Positions 44,896 through 53,050 of a stretch of DNA of 64,000 bases are shown piece by piece (the stretch's first letter is position 1; each line of letters begins with the position of its first letter). The stretch lies in assembly GCA_025558095.1 (NCBI GenBank), contig JAIVFI010000028.1, positions 186,001 to 250,000 of the forward strand. Reading direction: 5' to 3'. Source of the DNA: Hyaloraphidium curvatum SAG 235-1. Taxonomy: Eukaryota > Fungi > Monoblepharomycota. A model generated the notes under the pieces. It had not been told where the DNA came from, ran no database searches, and was given only the letters and a program-made list of their open reading frames with translations. The position numbers and the translations under genes are program-made.

Positions 44896-47280
44896 ATGGA
44901 GGACGACGGCGGCGCGTTTGCCGTACGCGGCGGCCGTCCGCTTTTCGGCACCGTCGCCGTGTCGGGCTCGAAAAACGCCGCGCTGGGTTGCCTCTTTGCC
45001 GCGTCCCTCGGGCGCGGCGAAACGCTCCTGGCCAACGTGCCGCGCATCGCCGACGTCGACGCGGCGATGGAGCTGCTGCGGGCCATCGGATGCCCCGCCG
45101 ACCGGTTGGCGGACGGCACGGTGGCGGCGGGGCCCATGGCCGGCCCCGGTCCGCGGGATCACCAAGCGGCGGCGGCCCCCCCAGCGGCCCTCTGCGCGCG
45201 ATTCCGGTACTCGATATTGCTGCTCGGCCTGACAACGCGCTTGGGACTCTCCTGCCTGCCCGCGCCGCCCGGGGGGTGCGCCATCGGGCCGCGCCCGCTC
45301 GACATGCACGTCGGCGTGCTGCGGGAGATGGGCGCAGTCGTTGCCATTGGCGAGGACGGGGAGATTGAGGCCCGCGGGCCGATCAGTCCCGCACGCATCG
45401 AATTCCGCAGGCCGACGGTGACGGGGACCATGAACGCGCTGATGCTGGCGGCTCTGGCCCCTGGCGAGAGTGTTATCGACAACGCGGCCGTCGACCCCGA
45501 GGTGGCCGACGTCGCATCCCTCCTGACAAAGATGGGCGCCTCCATTTCGGGCGCCGGCACGCGGACCATCCGCATCCGCGGAGCCGAGACCCTCGCCGGC
45601 GCCTCCCACTCGGTCATGCCCGACCGCACCGAGGCGGGCACCTTCATGATCGCCGCGGCCGCATGTGGCGGCGACGTGCTAGTGCAAGGCGCCGAGCTCC
45701 AGCATCTGGAATCCCTCGTCGATGCCCTCCGCGCCGCCGGATGCACCGTCGACCCCCTCCCCGACGGCATCCGAATCCGGTCACCCACCTCCCCCGCGGT
45801 CCGCCCAACCCCGCCCAGCATTGCGGCGGGGGACCACCCCGCCTTCTTGACTGACCTGCAGCAGCCCTACACCGCCCTTTGCTGCCTCCTCCCTCCCGGA
45901 AGCGCGTGCACAGTCTCAGACGGCGTGTACCCCCGGCGCACCGCGCACGCCGGCGAGCTCGCGCGGATGGGCGCCGACATCTCCTCAAAAGGGGGCACCA
46001 TGCACGTGCGCGGGACCAAGGCGCTGTTGGGCGCCACCCACGTGAGGGGGAGGGACCTGAGGGGCGCGGCGGCGCTGCTGATCGCCGCAATGGCGGCGCC
46101 GGGGACAACGGTGGTCGCGGGGGCGAGCGTGGCGGACAGGGGCTACGAGAATTTGGAGGGCAAGCTGCGCGGGCTGGGCGCGGACGTCGTTCGGCTGCGC
46201 GGGGCCACGGCGTTCGGCACTCTCCCTGATGCCGTCCTGCGCGGTCTTCCGGGCGGCACGATCGCCGACGCCGACCTCTCGGAGCTCACCACCCTGCACC
46301 TCCCCGCCACCTGCGCCCTGCTGGTCCCCATCCGCACCGCGGACGACGCCCTGCGCACCGGCCGCGCGCTGGCGGGACGGATGCCGCTGATGGTGCTGGG
46401 CGGGGGGAGCAACGTGCTGTTCCCCAGGGGTCATTTCCCAGGTGCCGTACTTCGGGTCGAGATCTCGAGGCGGAGGGTGGTTGGCGGGACGGAAGACGGC
46501 AAGGTGGTCGTGGAGGCCGGTGCTGGGGAGCCGTGGGACGCCTTTGTCCGGTGGACGATCGGACAGGGCCTTGGGGGGCTCGAGAACCTCGCGCTGATCC
46601 CCGGCACGGCCGGCGGTGCGCCGGTGCAGAACGTCGGTGCGTACGGCGCGTCCGTGTCGGACCATTTCCGCTCCCTGGATGCGGTGGACCTTCATCTGGG
46701 GAAGCTCGAGACCTGGGACGCCGAACGGTGCGCATTTGGGCACAGGGACTCGGCATTCAAGAGCGAGAAGGGGCGATATCTGATCATCAGCGTGCGATTC
46801 GCGCTGCCACGGGCCGACTGGGCATGGGTAGCCCGGCTTTCGTACCCCGCCCTTGCGGCGCGAGCGGCGCGGGACCCGTGCGATCGGCCTACCCCTGCGC
46901 AGGTGGCACGTTGGGTCGAAGAGGTGCGCCGCGCGTCGTTCCCCGATCCGGAGGGCAGGTGCAGCTCGGGGAGCTTCTTTAAGAACCCGGTGATGCGTGG
47001 GGATGCGCTGCGAGCGCTGCTTGCCCGCGCCCCAGATTGCTCCCGTCTCGAGATCGGCGCCTCCGAGGGGACCCTGGTGCACGCGGGGTGGATGATCGAG
47101 CGGTGCGGGCTCAAAGGACGCCGGAGGGGCGGGGCGAGGGTGTCGGACAAGCACGGGCTGTGGCTGCTGAACGGGGGCGGGGCGACGGGCGCGGACGTGT
47201 GGCTGCTGGGGGTCGAGGTGGCGGCGGCGGTGGAGAGGGAGTTTGGGGTGCGCCTCGAGGTCGAGCCGTGCGTGTACTAA
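44896..47280 (+). CDS. murA-murB: MurA-MurB fusion, copy 2, 794 aa
   Basis: Same catalytic motifs as copy 1. ATG at 44896 (MEDDGGAFAVRGGRPL) aligns with the copy 1 start. Confidence 0.95.
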   Translation: MEDDGGAFAVRGGRPLFGTVAVSGSKNAALGCLFAASLGRGETLLANVPRIADVDAAMELLRAIGCPADRLADGTVAAGPMAGPGPRDHQAAAAPPAALCARFRYSILLLGLTTRLGLSCLPAPPGGCAIGPRPLDMHVGVLREMGAVVAIGEDGEIEARGPISPARIEFRRPTVTGTMNALMLAALAPGESVIDNAAVDPEVADVASLLTKMGASISGAGTRTIRIRGAETLAGASHSVMPDRTEAGTFMIAAAACGGDVLVQGAELQHLESLVDALRAAGCTVDPLPDGIRIRSPTSPAVRPTPPSIAAGDHPAFLTDLQQPYTALCCLLPPGSACTVSDGVYPRRTAHAGELARMGADISSKGGTMHVRGTKALLGATHVRGRDLRGAAALLIAAMAAPGTTVVAGASVADRGYENLEGKLRGLGADVVRLRGATAFGTLPDAVLRGLPGGTIADADLSELTTLHLPATCALLVPIRTADDALRTGRALAGRMPLMVLGGGSNVLFPRGHFPGAVLRVEISRRRVVGGTEDGKVVVEAGAGEPWDAFVRWTIGQGLGGLENLALIPGTAGGAPVQNVGAYGASVSDHFRSLDAVDLHLGKLETWDAERCAFGHRDSAFKSEKGRYLIISVRFALPRADWAWVARLSYPALAARAARDPCDRPTPAQVARWVEEVRRASFPDPEGRCSSGSFFKNPVMRGDALRALLARAPDCSRLEIGASEGTLVHAGWMIERCGLKGRRRGGARVSDKHGLWLLNGGGATGADVWLLGVEVAAAVEREFGVRLEVEPCVY

Positions 47281-47556
47281 GCGGGGCAGGGTCGGGGAGG
47301 AGAGAGGGGCAGTGAGGCGTCGCGCAAAACGAGGCCGAACGCCGGCCGGGAACGCTCACCACTCCCCTCGTTTTCTTCATCGCCGGCGCCCCGTCCTCCG
47401 CGCCCCCAACCGCGACAGTGCCGGCGCCTTGACTGAAGCGACCAATCTTCCTTTTGTGTCCCGGAGCCGAAGAGCGACGAACGCCACGTCACGCACGCTG
47501 CCGCAAGGGAGGACCACAAAGTCGGCATCGTCGTCAACCAGCCCGAAGAGAAGCGC

Positions 47557-48434
47557 ATGGACTTCCACCGCGAATTCTGTCTCAGCCGGGGCTCGGTGGC
47601 GCGGGCCGTCAGCCGGGGTACGCTGGAGCCTGACCTCCCCGAGGTCGCCGAATGGAAAGCCCAGGCGGTGGACTCGCGCTCATGGAAGTGCGGATACTGC
47701 GGGGCTCAATCCGTGGGAAAAATCGAGATGGCACTCGCCGCCCCGGGTATCCCCAGCAGCCCGATGCCGGTGCTGATCGTGTTCTGCTACCCAGCTTGCG
47801 CCCGTGCGGGGTGCGCGGCGCAAGCGGCCTTAACTCCGATCCCCGGTCGATGCCCCTGCTGATGAGCGGCGTGCGAGCTCTGCTGGCAGAATCGGTCGAT
47901 GAGTTCGTTGCCATCTTCCTGTGGAGGGGCTCGGAAATCGCCGAAACGCAGTACCACCTCATCCGAACCGGGAACGCCGCGCCCCTGCCCCAGATGCTGG
48001 CTGTGATCAAAGCCATTTGCGGCAGAGTTCCCGATGCGCGGAAGGACCGCGCCGGGCGGGTCCTGCAGGACTGGCACTGCGTCGGCTGCGGCTCCGTCAG
48101 CTGCGCCTTCTTCCTCGCCGCCGACGCCGCCTCGCCGCCTCGCCGGGTCTCCTCCACCACCACGGTGAAATGGGACGGCCACGTTTTCCCCCACTGCGAC
48201 GCATCTTCGTGCCGCAAGCTCGCCTTGGCCAAGGCAACGGAACGGTCCAAAGGCGACCCCAACGCGCTGATCGATGGTGGCTTTTGTGCAGCGTGCCCGG
48301 CGATTTCCACGGACCGGGGCCGCGGGATGCAGCGCTGCGGGAGGTGCAGGGTGATGAGATACTGCTCAGCGGAATGCCACCGGAGGGACTGGCCGAAGCA
48401 CAAGGCGAAGTGTGCGCCGAGGGGAGGCCAGTGA
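47557..48434 (+). pseudogene. MYND zinc-finger protein with one apparent frameshift near 47830
   Basis: WKCGYCG in one frame, and DWHCVGCG, FPHCDASSC, CAAC..MQRCGRCRVMRYCSAECHRRDWPKHKAKC in another. Confidence 0.65.
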
Positions 48435-48453
48435 TCAGAGGGGGGCACCGAGG

Positions 48454-48602
48454 CTGCGGCGAGATCCCGGGGCTCGCGGTGGATTTCGTCGACCCGGCAC
48501 GCGGCGCTGGTAACGCTGTTCACGCTCTGCGTCGGACTGTGGACCGTGCTGAGGGATCGGGGGTGTTTGTGACAGTGGAGAGCGTGCCCGGGCGGGGCTT
48601 GA
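48454..48602 (+). pseudogene. 3' relic of the multi-TM family (see 9153-10667)
   Basis: DNA closely resembles 51060-51209. Encodes ALVTLFTLCVGLWTVLR/GSGVFVTVES with frameshifts. Confidence 0.7.
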
Positions 48603-49087
48603 GCGGCGAAAAGAGCAAACTGCCCATCACCTCCATGCGCTCTTTCCGGTCACACCCTACTTCCGATCTCCCATCACGGCCGGGAATTCTACAGACCGTT
48701 GCTGACACATTTTGTTGCAAGTATGGAGCCTGCGGTCGAGCTGATGCACATGGGTTGCTTGCCGGCCGAGGAAGCGGGACGATCGGATGGAGGCGGCGAG
48801 GAGGTTCGCGGTCGAGCAGAGGCTCAGGCGGGAGGACAACCCGTACGCCCGAAGTCGGAGGAGGACGTGGTCGCGAGGGTGTTTCCGCGCGGAGAAGCGG
48901 GGCCGGAACGCAGGAGAAAGACAATTCCCATTCAAATCTCTGTAAGTCCGAAGGACTACATGTGACACCTGAAAAGGCGTATCAGGCGGTAAGGCATGCG
49001 GGGATGACGCACTAAGGCTGGCGGACCATGCTCAATTGGCCGGCCGCGGACCAGGATTGCACCGAGAAGATCTCCGCAGCAGCATCG

Positions 49088-49800
49088 TCAGTCCAAGCTT
49101 TTCGACAGCACCCTGCACAAAGGCCTGCGCTTGTTCCAGTGCCTTGCTTGGCATTCGTGATCGCAGTGGAGCGCCTGGCGGCATCTCGAGCAGCGCTCCG
49201 GCCAGAAGGTGCAGACGAAGCCTTCGGCATCGTGCTCCCGGGTGAAACAACTTGTTCCAATCAATCCAGCTTGAAGCGGCGCTCGGGCAACTCCGGCAGC
49301 AGCGGGAGCTGTTCCCCTTCGACGTCCCCGACGTCCGAAATGCCCTCCCCGTCTCTCTGGCTCCCCCCGCCGTCCTCGTCCGCCGGGAAGCGGTATTGCT
49401 CTGCGCCGGCCGGCAGCGGGTCGCCCGGCCTCCGCAGGCCCACGAAAAGATCGCCGCCACCGTGCGGGCGCACGCGGCCGACGAGAAACGCGCCGGCGAC
49501 GACGCCGATGTCCGGCGCGGGCACACGGCCGCGCGAGAGCAGCATCCGCGGGTCCGCGCCGAGCAGCGCCGCGAGCCCGCCGGCGGAGCGCGGCGGCACG
49601 GCGCCGGGCTCCGCGCACGCGCGCAGCTCGAGCGCGCCGGCGTCGGCGGGCGACAGCCGCAGCACGTCGCCGACGGACATGCGCAGCGTCGCGCCGTCGT
49701 TGACAGCCAACCCCTGCGCCGTGCGCAGCGGCACCCGCACGAACGACTCGTCGGGCAGTACTCGGACCCACACGAAGGGCTCGTCGGGGGCGGGGGTCAT
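49088..49800 (-). pseudogene. Hypothetical protein followed, out of frame, by a degenerate MYND finger
   Basis: 179-aa ORF stops at 49261. Downstream frame reads RCSRCRQALHCDHECQARHWNKRRPLC. Confidence 0.45.
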
Positions 49801-49915
49801 GGCGGTTTCGCCAACTCCCCCAGAGACCGGAGGTGAGATCGAGATGGGAGCACCGCACGCCGACCACGAACAAGCGAAAAAAAGTCTATTCAGCTTGTCA
49901 GGTAAAAGAAAAGCC

Positions 49916-50557
49916 TCAAAAGGTCTGGATCCACCTGCCAGCGACTGCCGGGCGCGTGAGGAGAAGCATGAAGACGACCAGGGTCAGGTACGTCACATCC
50001 GCGACCGTCGGTCCCCACGCCGCTCGAGCATCGGCGTATCGCGCACTGATTGGCACAAAAATCAAGGTGCGATACACGGCATGGCTGTTCATAGCGCTCT
50101 CGAATGAGCGGTTGGCGTTATACAGCGCTCCACGAGGCACGTCAACTTCACCACTTGCATCTGACTTCCCAGCGAACCCACCATAGCACCAGGACGTTGA
50201 TCCGAAGATCCAGGACCCCGCGACAACGCCCGTGAGCGCGTCTTCATCTGCCAGCACTTTTTCTTTGGCGAGAATAAACGCCACGCCGGCGTTGTCGGTC
50301 GGATGTTCCAGAACTGGCCTCGAGGGCAGCACCAGCGCCAAGCGACGGCCGCGGCGTCCATCGAGATTAAACACCGTCCTGACCGCAGCGTAGACATCGG
50401 CCCCGGTCCCTGCCGAGTTGACTTGCACAACTCGGATGGCTTCGTCGTTGGCCGCCCCGATGATTGAGATGTCGACCATGTTGGGAGGTGCAGGCGCTGC
50501 TACAGCCGCCGGCGCAGCCGATGGAGCCGCCGACACTTCGGGCACAGCGTCTGCCAT
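49916..50557 (-). CDS. Hypothetical protein with C-terminal TM helix
   Basis: ORF MADAVPEV... with globular-looking composition and YLTLVVFMLLL near the end. Confidence 0.4.
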   Translation of the reverse strand: MADAVPEVSAAPSAAPAAVAAPAPPNMVDISIIGAANDEAIRVVQVNSAGTGADVYAAVRTVFNLDGRRGRRLALVLPSRPVLEHPTDNAGVAFILAKEKVLADEDALTGVVAGSWIFGSTSWCYGGFAGKSDASGEVDVPRGALYNANRSFESAMNSHAVYRTLIFVPISARYADARAAWGPTVADVTYLTLVVFMLLLTRPAVAGRWIQTF

Positions 50558-50869
50558 CGCATTTGTGCGGCGGCAACGGATTGGGAAAGGTTTTGGCTGA
50601 CGTGGCATTCGGGCCAAGCTATGTCCCAAACGCCCGCGGGTGGATGAGATGAATCCGAAGGAGAGATACATTCATCAATCCGAATGAGAGTCCACTCCAA
50701 CTGGCATCACCCGGTCAGGAAGTACACGGCGCTCACATTCACCTGCAGTCCCCCTTTCAGAGGTCGCGCTGCGAGGGAAAATGAGCTTCTGAGCTTTTCA
50801 AGGAACGCACCACCACCTCCACGTATGCCTTACCACAGCTTCTCCGGGTCGTGGTCCGGCACCCCACCT

Positions 50870-51209
50870 GGCGGACCTCGCCGTGCGCAACGGCACGGTC
50901 TCGGCCGTGACGGACGTGTACCGCTCTGCGCGGCGCGGGATCCGGGAGCTCCTCGTTCAGTGGGCCGCGTGCGCGCACTCCCCGGCCAGGGAACGACTCG
51001 AGCACGCGCTGCGAACGCACTCGGACCTGCTGGACTCGTACTGCGGCGCGGACGGGATGCGCGGGCGCATTCTCGGGTTCGCGGTGGATGCTTCGACCCC
51101 GCGCACGGCGCTGGTGACGTTGTTCACGCCCTGCGTCGGGCTGTGGACAGTGCTCAGGGGATCGGGCGTGTTTGTGACGGTGGAGAGCGCGTGCCCTGGC
51201 GGAGCGTGA
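50870..51209 (+). pseudogene. 5'-truncated relic of the multi-TM family (see 9153-10667)
   Basis: NGTVSAV..LEHALRTH..GRILGFAVD..ALVTLFT..LWTVLRGSGVFVTVESAC aligns with NARIGAVSAV..ALEGH..ARFVGVEVT..ALVATLVT..IWGMLRGLGVTVVLESYC. No ATG or 5' part. Confidence 0.72.
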
Positions 51210-51295
51210 GCGATCAATCGACTGTATTCGGTGCATCCGACTGGCAGCCGCAACCTCCTTGGAATCGATCAATGCCCGTCGTGTCCTCCTGCCGA

Positions 51296-52520
51296 TCAAG
51301 CGCCCCATTCGTCGACCTCCTCCTCCGTCGCCCACTTGGCCCCGATCGAGTCCCAGAAGGCGATTTCGGGCCCTTCCAGGCGGCCGCGCCCGGTGGAGAC
51401 GACGATCTTTTGAAGCCCCCCGCTTGCAGGCGCTCCCGAATGCGGCGGAACAGGGCGTCGTCGCCCGGCTTCAACTCCGTCATGAGGAGGTACGACCTGA
51501 GGATGAGCCGCTCCACGCCGCGAGGGGTGCCTTTCGCATCCATCAGCCGCTGCAAGCTCTTGAACCAGTTCGTCCAGCTCGAGGCACCTGATACCCAGCC
51601 GCGCGACGGCGTCCCAGTCGAAGTTGTCGCAATGCCACGCGTGCACGGAGAGGTGAGGGATGCGAAGATCGGCAGGGTGCGCGAGACGAGCGACGGTGCC
51701 GAAGGAGCACTTGGCGATCCGGAAGAGCTTGTCGCGGACAGCCGGGCGGGAGGTCCAGGTTTGGTCCGCTAGAAGGTCGGTGCCGACGAGGTGGATCCGC
51801 TCGAGGTTGGGGGAGTGCTCCGAAATCGCATCCTTGAGGCCCGACGTGTCCGCCGTTCGCATCCGCTTCGCGTACCTGTCCCAGAAGGTGGAGACCGAGA
51901 CGGCAAAATCGCGCACCGAAGCGGGCAAGCCGTTCGTGCCGTCGATCCCGTCGGGCGCATCTTGGTGCAGGTCTAGCTTGAGATACGCGAGCTCGCGGGC
52001 CCCCTGCAGCATCTTCCAGATGGTCCCGGTGATCTTGGCCCCGTGCGACTCGTACTCGAACCTCTCGACCCGGGCCATCACTTTGCGCAGCATCTCGAGC
52101 CTCTTTGGCGACCACGAGATCCCGGGAGCGATTTTGAGCTTCCTGACGAGGCGCGGCGGGGGCTCCCCGGCGAGCCTGTACCCGTGCGCGAGCAGCTCCA
52201 GCTTCTCGGGGCCGTGGCGGTAGCCGGATCCGAGCACGAGGTCGCCCGCCAGTCGCGCAGGCCGAGGACGTAGCAGCGAGAATTGGCAAGCATGAAGGTG
52301 AGAAGGGTGCGTTTCCAGCCGCGGCGGCCCAGAATGACCATGACGGAGGAGAGGAACTCGTTCGGCAGCGGGGGAACGTTGGCGACGAGGGCGTCCGAGT
52401 CGGAGTCGGGAGGGGCGAGCTCGGGCTGGGCGTCGGTCTCCGCGGGAGCGGCCGCCGGTGGGGGCGCTGCAACAACTTCGGGGCTCTCTCCGCCTTCGCC
52501 GCGCGCGACCTCGTCCTCAT
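51296..52520 (-). pseudogene. F-box-like/LRR-like protein, broken by about 4 frameshifts
   Basis: PPLPNEFLSSVMVIL F-box-like helix. Coding-like text changes frame near 52490, 52255, 51560 and 51415. Confidence 0.5.
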
Positions 52521-53050
52521 GCGGTGCGACATCGCTAACGGGGACTGCGGTGAAGTCGGAAGTTGCGCGGGACGCGCGTCACCCACACTCGCGCTGGAGA
52601 CACCGCATCGAGATGGAGGCGGACGCCGACGAGCACTTATTCGTGGGCGCCCATTCAACTGCATCAATCCTGCACGCAGACAACGAAGGGACACGATAGA
52701 TCTACCATAGTAGGTTCGAAGCACCGAGGGGAATGGGCGCGCGGGAGAGAGTTTGCTCTAGCTCTCTTGCCCGCCGCGGCTCCTCCTGCGCCGTGCCGGT
52801 TCGGAATAGACCACGATGAAGTGGGTGGCTACTTTTCCCTTCTGTGAAGAACCTCCGCACCGTTCTCTACTCTACGTTCAGAAGAGTGCCCGTATGAACC
52901 AGATCCGGATGCTATAGATGCGAAAGTTTCGCAACCTTGTAGGGACCCAACCTGTCGCCCACTGAGTCAATCCGCAGTTGGGACGCACTGCACGGCCCAC
53001 ATCCACCTCCCACGATGGAAGGAAATCGAAGCGTTCCGGTACCGGGACGG

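Larger units (their letters stand above)
38752..47280. repeat. About 2.4-kb inverted repeat (arms 38752-41118 and 44896-47280) with a 3.8-kb spacer
   Basis: Alternative-frame ORFs are identical on opposite strands (39050-39499 vs 46533-46982; 38882-39340 vs 46692-47150). Confidence 0.95.

Noticed and set aside
38752-47280. Bacterial contamination or endosymbiont DNA as the source of murA/murB
   Set aside because: Contiguous with spliced eukaryotic genes, same GC and skew style, no operon layout or obvious Shine-Dalgarno sites, and the GTs have eukaryote-style anchors. Read-level confirmation is still needed.
38752-47280. Composite transposon with long terminal inverted repeats
   Set aside because: The arms are exactly the enzyme ORFs. 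No transposase or target-site duplication was seen.
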